A stretch of 64,000 bases of DNA, taken from assembly GCA_050273025.1 (NCBI GenBank), contig CP158636.1, positions 5,704,001-5,768,000 on the forward strand, in the 5' to 3' direction. The notes below the pieces were generated by a model, which saw nothing but the letters and a program-made list of their open reading frames with translations, did not search any database and was not told the origin of the DNA. Made by a program: the position numbers and the translations under genes. Source of the DNA: Cenococcum geophilum (lineage: Eukaryota). Below, one piece after another: positions 12,019 through 23,657 of this stretch. Position 1 is the stretch's first letter; each line of letters opens with the position of its first letter.

Positions 12019-13037
12019 GATTCTAAAGAAGATTGATAGATAGTGAGAAGAATATGTATTTTTTTAGAAAGTAGACGAAGGAATGATGTATTCAGCAGAG
12101 AAAGGAGTGGCGACTGGAGTGAGAGCTTTGTCCTCTACATATATTTTGGGACTGAGCCCATTTTGAAGGTTTGGCAATTGTGGGTAACGCAGCCCCGCTA
12201 GGATAGATTACGTTTCTGATTCCATCATAGGACGCGTCAGATCAATAGCCCATGATAGAAAACTTTTACAAGTCGATGGGGCGGTTTCGAGAACGGTTTA
12301 GTGCCAGGGGTGGACACGGCACGGTCCGTTCCAAGGGTCTACGTCGCTCTGCGGCTGTGCAGATCGATGTTCTCCACCAAAACAAGACCAGCCGGCCCCT
12401 GGCGAATGAAGCTTAACTAGTTTAGTCAGGCCGACTTACTATATCTGAACAAGAAGCCCGTGCCGGTCCCATGCTTAAGTAGGGATCGAAGAACTTTTCG
12501 TAAGCTGTTCATGGATCCCTGAGAGTTCAGGTAAATTTCAGTTACACTTTGCGGCCTCCCTGTTTCAATGTATTCATTTCCGGGTTACATAGTCTCTTCA
12601 ATCTTAATGAGATGGTCCGCGCACAAAGCACAAATCCCAATTTTTGGCTCTAAAGTGGGAGAACTACTCCTTTTCTACATGACGTTTCATAGACACGTAG
12701 CACTCATGACCAATATGTGGCCGATTTTATGCCATCGTAGCGTTTCAGTAGATTTTACTGGGTCTACATGCACGGTTTAGCATCATCACCGCCTGAACAC
12801 GGTATTTCCCATGAGCCTGAGCTTATGTCAAACGTCATCTAGAAGTCTTGGGGGTTGGAGTATAAAGATGTATTTATGTTTTCTGGAACTTGCTGTGTAC
12901 ATCAATTTAAATCCTCATCATTACTTCTCATATACTATCATTCATTAAGTTTTCACTCGCTTACTTTGCGATTCTGCGGACGCCGTCCCTCCTTCAGTCC
13001 TTGTTGTATCTTGAAATTCTTCTTTTCCTCTTGGAAG

Positions 13038-14810
13038 ATGCGCGGAGCAATGAAGTTTGCATCTTTCGTCTTCATAGGCGGTATTGCCACGGTTGCTGCA
13101 GCCCCTTATCATTCATTCCTTTATCCTCGGGCCACTTGCTCTGGAAATTCTGCCAGCGACAGAACTGTATGGTGCGACTACGATATTAGTACCGACTATA
13201 CGACCGAAGTCCCCGACACTGGAGTTACCCGCGAATATTATTTTGAGTTGACAGAAGTCACGGTAGCTCCTGATGGCTATTCCCGATCCGCTCTTACCGT
13301 CAACGGGAGCATTCCAGGACCTACCATCGAAGCTGACTGGGGAGATACCGTGGTTGTGCATGTTACAAACAGCTTAACTTCGAGTCAGAACGGCACCAGT
13401 ATTCATTTTCATGGCATACGCCAAAACTTTACCAATCAGCAAGATGGCGTTTCATCAATCACTCAGTGCCCTACAGCTCCGGGAGATTCCATAACGTACA
13501 CCTGGAGAGCGATGCAGTATGGCTCGACATGGTATCACTCCCATTTTGCGTTACAAGCTTGGGAAGGTGTCTTTGGAGGCATCATAATCAACGGTCCGGC
13601 TACAGCGAATTATGATGAAGATAAAGGCGTTCTATTCCTTACCGACTGGAGCCATCAGACTGTCGACGAGCTTTACACTTCTGCACAAGTGTCAGGCCCG
13701 CCAACATTGGACAACGGCTTAATTAACGGCACAAATGTTTATGGGGAGGACGACTCAAGCAGCCAGACTGGCTCTAGGTTTAACACGTCCTTCACGGCTG
13801 GTACTTCATATAGGCTCCGCTTGGTGAACGGAGCAATCGATACGCATTTCAAATTTTCTATTGACAACCACACACTCATGGTCATTGCGAACGACCTCGT
13901 TCCTATCGTTTCTTATAACACAACCGTACTCAACATTGGTATCGGTAAGTTACAGTTTGGCATGCTTTGCAGAAGTTACCTAGACTAATGCGATAAATTT
14001 CAAGGCCAACGATACGACGTCATCGTAACTGCGGATCAGTCTTCGGTAGCAGACAATTTCTGGATGCGTGCGATCCCACAGGTTGCTTGCTCAGACAACG
14101 ACAGTGCAGACAACATTAAAGGTATTGTCTACTATGGAAGCACAGCTTCAACGCCCACCACAACAGCCTACTCGTATACGGATAGCTGCGACGACGAAGA
14201 CGTCAGCGACCTCGTGCCATACGTCTCAAAGACTGTGTCAACCGAATATTGGGATGAAGATGAAACCGTTACCGTTGGCAAAAACAGTAACAGCCTCTTC
14301 CGATGGTACATGAACGGCACATCGATGGTCGTGGAGTGGAATGATCCCACATTATTACAGGTCTACAATGGCGACACAGATTTCACAAATACGAGCGGCG
14401 TCATAGAGTTGCCGGAAGCTGATGAGTGGGCCTACGTGATTATTGAGACGCAAGTGGCAGTACCACACCCAATACACCTGCACGGGCATGACTTCTTCGT
14501 CCTAGCACAAGGCACTGGTACTTACGATTCATCAGTCTCGTTGAGTCTGTCAAACCCGCCCCGTCGCGATACGGCCATGCTTCCAGCGTCTGGTTATCTG
14601 GTCCTTGCGTTTGAAACCGACAATCCAGGTGCTTGGCTCATGCACTGCCATATCGGTTGGCATACAGCCGAAGGTTTTGCCATCCAGTTTGTTGAGAGAT
14701 ACAGCGAAATTTCAGCGTTGATCGATTATGATACATTGAATTCGACTTGCGCAGCGTGGGAGACGTATACGACAGCTAACTCAATAACCGAAGATGATTC
14801 TGGTATCTAA
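13038..14810 (+). CDS. Laccase-like multicopper oxidase (AA1), intron 13945-14004
   Basis: Signal peptide; copper motifs HFHG, WYHSH, HPIHLHGH, HCHIGWH; C-terminal DSGI. Confidence 0.96.
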
Positions 14811-15647
14811 TTTTTTCCCTTTGCGCTTTACTACTTGAGTTTTTGTTGGAGCGATCAATGCAGTTGGAAAAAATATTTTTTAATGTTAAACCAGGGTTAA
14901 CTATGAGATGACTTAGGTTCTATGAGCGAATAAATATTAAGAAGTTCGTTAGAGTTTCCACATTTCTTATGTCTGCCCGTAGCATTTCCTTCATTCCTTT
15001 CATGTTCCGTGATCTCCAACTGTTTCCTGTGCTCGCAGCTCTTGCACTGTTCATAACTTACCAAATCCATCAAATATAAATGATGAAGATGTGAAACACG
15101 GGATAGCTTATACACGTATGACATCAGATGGCGAATTTGGCCACAGTGATATGATCAGTGTTGGTGAGATTAGAAGTACTAAGGTAGAACATCTTGCCGT
15201 CAGTATAGAAACATAATTCCGATTAGTAAATCACGGAGCAAAGTATTCTACAGGGGTAGAAAGAGTTTGAAGCGTAGAATTTTGTTCATGTGGGTCAGCT
15301 GGAAGGGCGCTCATACCTGACTCTGGCCGACCCGAGAGATGACGCACTTAATTGTCTACACCGCTGGCGGTATACGGGTCTTCTGGATTATGGTAAGATG
15401 TTTAAATGGTCGGTTCGCTGAGCGTCATTTTCCTTACTAGCCCTCAATTTCCCTCTACGACGGTGAAGTTCATGACTCGTTTCGTGCTGGCGGAGGGTAC
15501 CGGAGTGGACTCCTGACGGTAGGTCTTCTTCAGCTTCAGACGACGTTGGCCTGCGCGTCTGTCTCCGCTGTTTATATCACTTCCGTTTTGATCTTGAATA
15601 ACTGCGCAGTCTCCTTCCATGAAGCTGATTGTGTGTAATTAGAAGGG

Positions 15648-16397
15648 TGTTCTGCCCAATGCCGATATATGACTTGTTCCGGATTATTCTGCCTTATACG
15701 GAACAATGTCGTGTATCGCTTTGAGTGCGTATTCCGGAATAAACGACTCGTTGCGGAATAGATAATCCCTGAGCTAGACCTAGTTAAGGTAATTTTGGGG
15801 CCGGGCATCCTACACGAGCCAAGGTCCCACGAATCGCTAGCCAATGGAACACCCGTAATCAAGGTAATACGGCATCCGCCCCACGGACATATCAAATTTG
15901 GAGATTATTTAGCATGTTGTGTACAGTCAAACCTCCTTAATATGATATGGGGTATATAACAATATCCTCTGCATTACGATCTACGCCCTTCGATCCAGCC
16001 TTTTTTGGTGTAATATTACGATAATCTGACTTTAGACAATATGGTTAAGCACCTACCACCAATATCAGTATAACCAGTGGAGAATTTGTGTGGGAGAGGG
16101 CCCGCGAGGTAGATATCCTAAGCTTTTTCAGGTATTAAGCTCCTCTTTTTCCTACTTATTCACCTAACACGTGACTCTTAATATAACAATACCTTAGTAT
16201 TACGATACGCTCGGCCAAACAAACAGTATCGTACTAAAGAGATTTGACTGTAGTTAAAGATATTCTAGAATGAGGTAATTGATCTGGGATCCAGACGATC
16301 AAAGCGATACACGACTTTGTTCCTTTTTGAGGACGATTTGTTCCGGAATGAGGCACAAAATAATCCAGAACGAGTCATGTCGGTATTAAGCAGAACA
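15648..16397. mobile_element. Non-autonomous TIR element, TGTT...AACA ends, 4-bp TSD
   Basis: Imperfect ~75-100 bp inverted ends (15648-15724 vs 16298-16397); aggg at 15644-15647 and 16398-16401. Confidence 0.7.
15924..16250. mobile_element. Tc1/mariner-type MITE, 327 bp
   Basis: TA-cagtcaaacctccttaatatgata ... tatcgtactaaagagatttgactg-TA; 24-bp TIR, 4 transition mismatches. Confidence 0.85.
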
Positions 16398-17017
16398 AGG
16401 GTTGGTGTATTTCTTCGGTCGGCTAGCAGGCTTATTATGGTTTTCTTGTCGACTGTAACTCCCTAATCAACTCCTATGAGGCAAGGATGTGGATAGGGAG
16501 TCCAATTGATAGAACATTAGGGTATATTATATGAACAGACGAATCCTTGAGGGAAAAAGGAGGAGTCTGTGTGCGAGGTAAGGAAGGGGTTTTCCCTAGG
16601 CACGTGCAGCGCACGTGCCTCACAGGCGAGTCGCCTGTACCCCCACACAAAAAGCTGCAAACTTATTGCCCCTTAATATATTAATGAATAATATAATAAA
16701 AAGATATAAGTTTTTAAATAATAAATCTTTTTCTAATATATAGCCTTGCAATAACTTATATTTTTATAAAAGTAATAAATATATAAGTTAAAAAATTAAA
16801 AGACTTCACTTTTAAAGCTTTATAATAAATGTCAGGTGACGTAGTCCCCTCTTATATATATTGTTCCGCACAGCCGTGCCTGGCATCCAGTCATTCGCTT
16901 ACATTTTAGGGTTTATGCGATGGCTAGGTGGTGCGGAGCTTATCACGTCGTAGTAAAGTATTTTCAAAGCTATAGTATATAGCTATAAAATATCTAGCTA
17001 GTGTGCTAGTTACTCGC

Positions 17018-17275
17018 TGTAAGGCAGTATTGCCAGGGTGTACGGTAGGGAGCAGGCAAGCCGAGCATGAGTCACATAGGGAGTCGATGGAAGAGGACGA
17101 TATGGTAATGAGGGTAGGCAATAGCCTGAGTACAGAGACGAACCGATGAGGAGGGAAGGGCTGCAAGCCTGAGGTGCTTATAAGGAGGTGCCAAGGGCTA
17201 GCCGAAGGCTAGCCTTGGCGACCCCTAAGAGCCCCTAGGCGATGCAGCCGAGTAAGGGCCAAAATAACCCTTACA
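17018..17275 (-). mobile_element. Solo LTR, 258 bp
   Basis: tgtaagg...ccttaca ends, TSD ctcgc 17013-17017/17276-17280; strand inferred from TATA-like box then pyrimidine tract on minus strand. Confidence 0.85.
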
Positions 17276-17390
17276 CTCGCTTACCTTTTTGAATTTGTTT
17301 AGTGGCCGAGTGACGTAGAGCTTGTTACCCTACACTAGCTTTATAAAAATATATATATATAAGTAATTTTATAAGTAATTTTCTGTAATA

Positions 17391-17877
17391 CAGTGCATTG
17401 CACGACCAGCTTCCCCCCCCTCCTTTAGCGAGCGCTACGAAATTTCAAATTCGGTACGCGCATCCAATCTCGCCTGACTGCCACCAACTGTACATAGTAA
17501 TTGTAGCGAACGGCTGTGGCTACACGCAAGGACCTTTTTGGTTGCTATAGAGAATCGCCTTGGTTGGCCAGGAGAACCAAAATTGAAGACGTACTCCCCC
17601 CCTTAACTACCCCTCCCGTTGTGGCCGCCAAAACGCGAGTACAACGCTGTCTCTGCAGAGAGGTCGATGGAATTTGGCAATGTCGTGCGGGTGAAAGCCT
17701 CACGATATTTGATAAAGATCACGACACTGCGGAGGAAGGCCGATCTTAAGTCCGCCAGAAGCAAAGTTCTTGCAGCCAAGCATACGGCTTGTTGGTGGCG
17801 ATTTGGCGAGCCCGCGTACCGAAGCGAAATATACTTTTTTTTCAAGGGGGGGGGGAAGCTGGTCGTGCAATGTACTG
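17391..17877. mobile_element. Tc1/mariner-type MITE, 487 bp
   Basis: TA-cagtgcattgcacgaccagcttcccc ... ggggaagctggtcgtgcaatgtactg-TA; ~30-bp TIR, 1 mismatch. Confidence 0.9.
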
Positions 17878-18499
17878 TAAAATTTTTATTATCTTTTATA
17901 GCGGTAAAGATATTCAACTGTAAAAAGTAATAGATTTTAATATAAGAGGCTGTAAGAGTACATGTATTGGATCCCGTCACAGTCGTGATAGATTCGCAAG
18001 TACTGTTGTCTTTTTGGCCTATATGGCGACGTAAAGGCGGAACACGTTACAGAGGCTCTTATCAAGAAGTGGCAGTCAATAAGAAAACTATAATATCCAC
18101 GTGACAGCCTTAGTGACGGAAAACACGATTTTGTTATCTTATAAATCAGACCCGGGGGACCGTTAGTGCGTACGGGCGAGCATACTGCGCCTTATTACTA
18201 AATAAATCCCCCGAGGGTCTAAGATCCTATAGGCCTCGTTTTAGTATAAACTAAACATTTTTAAAATTGAATTTTATTGGGCTTACTGCGAGAATGGTTT
18301 GGAACATCAAAATACTGCCCCTTTCAAGCTCCGTGCACGTTTCCCCTAAGCTTCGTTCGGCAGAGGTCTCGCAAAGCTCCACAGACGATGAGCTTGCAAC
18401 TCTATTAGGGCCTCCACAACGGCCTGCAGAGGCGTGCAAGATAGATATATCGCATAACCAGAGGGTTATCTACAATTCTATAGATCGATTTTTATAGTA

Positions 18500-18612
18500 A
18501 CGTAGGTAATAGAGTTATAACGGTCGGCATACTAACAAATTTCGTCTGTGCCCAGTTTTAATGTTCCAAACCGTCATAACCATACCGACCGTTATAACCC
18601 TATCACCTACGT
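18500..18612. mobile_element. Fot1/pogo-like MITE, 113 bp
   Basis: TA-acgtaggtaatagagttataacggtcggcat ... ataccgaccgttataaccctatcacctacgt-TA; 31-bp TIR, 3 transitions. Confidence 0.85.
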
Positions 18613-19089
18613 TACGTCCTAATTAAAAGAGTATATATATTTTTTATTAATATATTAGATTTTTTAGGTAATTATATCTTTATAAACATATACTATAGCC
18701 CTATATTTAGAATATTAAGAGGCGAGATATATTGTATAACGTAAGTTAGATTTTAAACTAAACCTAACCGACTACCTATATTTAACTTCCCGTAGAATAG
18801 AGCTGTGATATCGCTATAATATAGAGGCAATAGAGAAGTATATAAGGTATAGTAGTAAGGCAAGATTACGATAAAAATTACGATAAAACTAGACAAAACT
18901 AACCGATAAAATGCGACCAACTGCTGTATGATATAGCTACGACGTTGCTATTTAGTGTATTAGATAGAGAAGCTAAAGAGCTCCTACCTTATAGTATTTT
19001 TGCAACAACTAGACGTTATAAAAGAGTTGAGATATGGTAGTTAAGCAGGTCATTCTGGGTGCATTTTGATAGGGAGCAGTATGCCCGCC

Positions 19090-20158
19090 CAGACCTGCGG
19101 AGGATAGACCGGATAGGCCTCTCGGATAATAGACCTATCAGCTGATAGTCTCCGGATAGTCTTGGCAAAATCCCCTTAATATGCTTACACTTGTAATGCA
19201 CCCCCCAATATTAAATAAATAATTTTTCTATTTGTATAGATTAATAGAGCTTGTAAAGCGCTTTAAAATGGTACCACTTTTATCTAAATATCCTAAGGGT
19301 AGCTAATATTATATAGATATAAAGCTTACAAGAGCTCTGCGGAATAAGGCTTAGGGGGAGCCCCGCACGGAGCTCTACCAAAGCTCAGCAAAAGCTCTGT
19401 ACGAAGCTCTGCACGAAGCTCCGCAAAAGCTCCACAAGAAGCTCTGCAAAAGCTCCGCATAAAGCCCCGCAAAAGCCCTCTATAAAGCTCTCCATAAAGC
19501 TCTACTTGAAGCCCTATTTAGATCTCTAAAGCTTTACTAATACGTAGCACTAATATACTATAACGCTCTATATATATAGCTTTATATAAACCCTCTATAA
19601 GTAGGGCCTCTATATATAAAGCCTAGTACTAGCTATATTTATAGCGTTATATATATTTTTAATTAAATATTATTATATTATATGGAGGCTCTGCGTATAA
19701 AAGCTTTGCATAAGGCTTTATACAAGGATCTGCACAAATATCTACGTACAGAGGCTCTACACGAAGCTCTGCACGAAGCTCTGCACGAAGCTCTACACGA
19801 AGCTCTGCACAAAGCTTTTATATGGAGCCTCCGTAGTAGACCCGTCGTGCGCAGACCCGTCGTGCAGAGCCTCCGTATACAGAGCTTCGTGCAGAGCCTC
19901 GTGCAGAGCTTCGTGCAGAGCTTCATGCAGAGCCTCCGCAGAGCCTCCGCAGAGCTCCATGAAGATTCTCCGCAGAGTGAATTTCACTAGTACTAGCCAT
20001 ATTTATAGCGTCGTACGATAGAAATAAAAGATAGTTGAAATTCTACGGATGCCAAGCCTTATCTAGATATATCCGGATATTATCCGATATCCGGGCTATC
20101 CTCGGATAGGATTATTATCCGCCCGACCGGATAGGATAATTTATCCTCCGCAGGTCTG
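19090..20158. mobile_element. Non-autonomous hAT-type element, 1069 bp
   Basis: Perfect 17-bp TIR cagacctgcggaggata; 8-bp TSD tgcccgcc (19082-19089, 20159-20166); subterminal ggata/tatcc repeats. Confidence 0.9.
19370..19975. repeat. 11-12 bp minisatellite (gaagctctgcac) in both orientations
   Basis: Forward arrays 19370-19510 and 19750-19815; inverted gtgcagagcttc array 19862-19960. Confidence 0.85.
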
Positions 20159-20752
20159 TGCCCGCCCGTGCGCGTAGTGCACGTACCAACGGGGGTCTGA
20201 TTTATGAGATAACGATTTTAAACGTTTTACTTAGCACCTATAACTCCACCACCACGCTATATAACAGCCTACAACGCTTTAAATTTATAGGGTGGTATCT
20301 ATTCTATAGTTTTACTTACTCGCTTTATTAATAAGATCTGGGTTTAGTTGCTGCAGAAGCGTTTCGCAGAGCGAGCGTATGCGGGCGGGAGGCTCGCTTA
20401 ATCTTGATTTTCGCAAAGAGTAGGAGCAACGATCCAAGACAAAGAATATACCGCTTTTGGCTCCGCCCCCACCATGTTCATCCTTTCCGCGCAGCGAATA
20501 GGTTTGAGCCCGTATCTTATGCTTCTGCCGCGAAGCGGGGTAGGAGACCAACAGAGTGTTTGGTCACTCGCACCGAGGAATAAGGCTGGACCCCAAAGGT
20601 GCTGTTCTAGGAGTTTTTCTAACTAGCTGCAGGAAATCATTGTGCTCATAACCATGGCTCTGTCCTGCTCGCTGTTTTCCTATGCGAACTTTACCTTGCA
20701 AGCTAGTTCTGCCTATCACCCTGGTTGAGCTTCGATACTCTCTTCTAAAGTA

Positions 20753-21964
20753 ATGTTGCTCAACCACAAACGTCAAGCCTTTCGTCCCTCTTGCCCTAGT
20801 GGCGGTAACTGGTACTCGTGCGGCTACGGCTCACGATTTGTCGGCTGCTGTAAAAGCCAGCCTTGCGTCAATAATTGTCCCGCAGGAAATCTTGAGCCAG
20901 CCAGCTTCGACCCAAGTTACTATGGCAAGTTTCCCGACCAGGAGTGTTCGGCCGGCAGTTGGTATACATGCACAGGCACGACCCCACCATTCATGGGATG
21001 CTGCAAATCCAACCCATGCCAACAGAATGGATGTCCAACGGAAGATCTTACATCTGGCTTTCTGAGCTCAAACCCCGAAGTTGCAGCCGCATTCTCCCCG
21101 AGCGGTGGATCTTCCACAGCAGCTTCATCAACAACGTCCAGTCGTTCAAGCTCTACAGCGGCAGCTTCCACTTCCACTGTATTAACAAGAACATCATCAG
21201 CCTCTACCGCAACTTCAGAAACCTCAACCACATTAACACAAAGCCCCACAGCAGTTACAGCGGCTTCGAAAAGCGCCCCAGTTGGAGCCATTGCTGGTGG
21301 TGCAGCCGGCGGCGTTGCAGTTCTGGCTATTATCATTGCTCTTCTTATATACTACTGCCGGCACGCAGCAAAATCCCGGAAAACAAGAAATGATGAAGTC
21401 AACAGACGGCTATCTTTTCCTCCCGCCGCAGCAATAATTGGAGATCCTAAAGCGACACCTCCGCCAGGTAAATTCTCTTACCATACCCATCTATTATCTA
21501 GCCCGAACGGCGCGCCTGACATTTTAGCAGACTCATCACTCCCAGCTTACTCAACACCTGCTCCATATCACCCAGCCCTCTATAACCCGGACAACCCAGC
21601 CATGAAGCCTGCATTCGAGCTTCCCGCTGGCTATGTACCATACTCGAGGAATGCAAGCGGCGAGCCGGCTTCGCCTACACAAAGCATCGCTCGTAAATCA
21701 TTGCCGCATCGATTATCTGAGCTCTCTGGGGAGAGCGCGCGAGCCCGAGCAGAGCTAGAGAGCCCGCATAACTCCCCGTCACTACAAAGCTCGCAAAGTC
21801 CTCCGCAGGGCTCGTACAGCCCCCCTCAGAGCCCACAGAGTACGAGATCAAGCGGAGCAAATTGGACTAGGTTACCATGGATAGGATCGACAAATGCGGG
21901 GGTGGGTATTAAAGAGGAGAGATCGGAAAGTGAAGGAAGACGCGCAACGTACGAAGGGACGTAA
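20753..21964 (+). CDS. Single-pass membrane protein: Cys-rich ectodomain, Ser/Thr stalk, TM helix, Pro/Ser tail (start uncertain; probable intron ~21468-21530)
   Basis: Two repeats WYxC..F(V/M)GCCKSxPC; GAIAGGAAGG + LAIIIALLIYYC then basic residues. Confidence 0.8.
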   Translation: MLLNHKRQAFRPSCPSGGNWYSCGYGSRFVGCCKSQPCVNNCPAGNLEPASFDPSYYGKFPDQECSAGSWYTCTGTTPPFMGCCKSNPCQQNGCPTEDLTSGFLSSNPEVAAAFSPSGGSSTAASSTTSSRSSSTAAASTSTVLTRTSSASTATSETSTTLTQSPTAVTAASKSAPVGAIAGGAAGGVAVLAIIIALLIYYCRHAAKSRKTRNDEVNRRLSFPPAAAIIGDPKATPPPGKFSYHTHLLSSPNGAPDILADSSLPAYSTPAPYHPALYNPDNPAMKPAFELPAGYVPYSRNASGEPASPTQSIARKSLPHRLSELSGESARARAELESPHNSPSLQSSQSPPQGSYSPPQSPQSTRSSGANWTRLPWIGSTNAGVGIKEERSESEGRRATYEGT

Positions 21965-22399
21965 TCGTTTTAAGATCGATGGTATAGAAGAATCATATTG
22001 GACTTGAATATTTGTAAATTTTTTCCACTTCTTTGAACAATTTCTCATCGTAAGAATCCCTTATAAGCATACATAATGCCCAATTCAAGATTCTATAATA
22101 ATGTAAAGTTAATTCATAAATTGACACTAACATAATTTATAATTCATTTTACATTAGATAAACAATGTATACTACCTGTTACTTATCCAATACGTTCTTA
22201 TTCTTGTGTAGCCTGTACAGAAAACTGTCTTATTCTTCCCTTTCCAGACGAATGTAAAGCAAGAAGTCCCCCGATAGTGTCCTCTTACTAAGACGTGGTT
22301 CTACAACTGAGATAGGTTTGATAGTCAGTGAAGAAAATTTGACCGTAAAATGGCTTCTCTTCTTAGAAAGTCCAACCTCTAGTCTGCGAGTAGCAGCGG

Positions 22400-22640
22400 C
22401 GCGTTTAAATATCGTATGACTCTTGCATAGCCATGACTGGAATGGCCCTTCAAAATCCCAGTACCCCGAGTAATGGGTCTTCATGTACCGTAACGAGTTC
22501 TGGAGAGACCTGTATTCGCATTCACTGCTGAGCTACTCTCAAATATAAGATATGCCGGTTCGTATATATTACCCATATTCTCAATCTGAGCCGCCACGTC
22601 GTCATCGTCATCCTGCTGAACAAAGAGTATCTTCCTAGAG
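22400..22640 (-). pseudogene. HET-domain remnant
   Basis: QQDDDDDVAAQIENMGNIYEPAYLIFESSSA..NTGL resembles the HET core QD..D...QI..M..IY..A..TI.A; broken GP.Q.W downstream. Confidence 0.5.
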
Positions 22641-23657
22641 GTATTGAATACTAGTTTGAGGTAAAAGTAATCTAGTATCTCGAATTGTGGCAGGAACTTT
22701 GACTTACAAATTCTCAAAAACTCCCGGAGTGAACAAGCAAGCCCTAATCTCTTCAGACAAATGAAGTTGACGAACACCTCCCTAGACATAAACTAGTCCG
22801 GCATATCTGCAGTCACCGGGTGTGAGTATCACGCAACGATTCCATGGATCCACTGAACGAAGCTTAGAGTAGGATGTGCTATTATCCTTCCATTGGCTTT
22901 TCAAAACAGTCCCCCGGAAGCTCTTACCAGCACTCTTGTAGTCACCATCGGAGGAGTTGTGTATCTACTTCGTTTTTCCCCGTCACTCGTCCACAACACA
23001 TTTTGTTTTCGGGCCGCACGTACGAGACGTTCTTGTGGGAGGTTTTGCTAGGCAGACGCGGAACCTTAATTTCAGGTATGTCCTTGGTTGAATGCAGCGT
23101 TCCTATGTCTAAATATACTTCTACATGCTTCAACTTCGTTATGTGAGATTTGATGTACTAGGTTCCCATTAGCCTTAGATATTACGAGCCCCTATTCGCC
23201 AATTTAAAGAAAATGTTTGATATGAAGAAGTAAAAGCTGGTGTTAAGAATATTACACATCTCCTAGAGAAGAACTTTGTTCTTATATTTGTGTCTGAGAC
23301 CACACTATATGTTTATACTTCACGTCCTTGCCCGTTTAAAATTTTGGATAGATAAAGTTGCACCATTAGCTTTCCTTAGTTATGGTGTTTGAGCTAATGG
23401 ACAATTTTCTACTAAATGATAACGGTTAGACAAATGAAATAATGATATAAATTTTTGTGCCCCCACCCGCAACCGTTGTGCTTATGATATTCCCTTCGAT
23501 CATCCGCAATTGTAGGTCTCACCTTTCTACATCACTAAAATTAATCTTCATGGGCGTTCCTTCGTCCTAGCACACCAACTGATATGTAGTACTGTCCGTT
23601 TTTCTTAAAACATGCTTTCAATCCCGGGCCCAAATCTCTAACTTTCTTCCAAAATGC

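Larger units (their letters stand above)
18132..20214. mobile_element. Non-autonomous long-TIR element hosting two further insertions
   Basis: Left gttatcttataaatcagaccc..gggcgagcatactgc; right end restored by removing 19090-20158: gcagtatgcccgccc..gggtctgatttatgagataac; flanking direct repeat (acg)atttt. Confidence 0.75.

Noticed and set aside
19678..19990. HEAL-repeat and LCTK-repeat ORFs
   Set aside because: Translations of a 12-bp minisatellite inside a non-autonomous element
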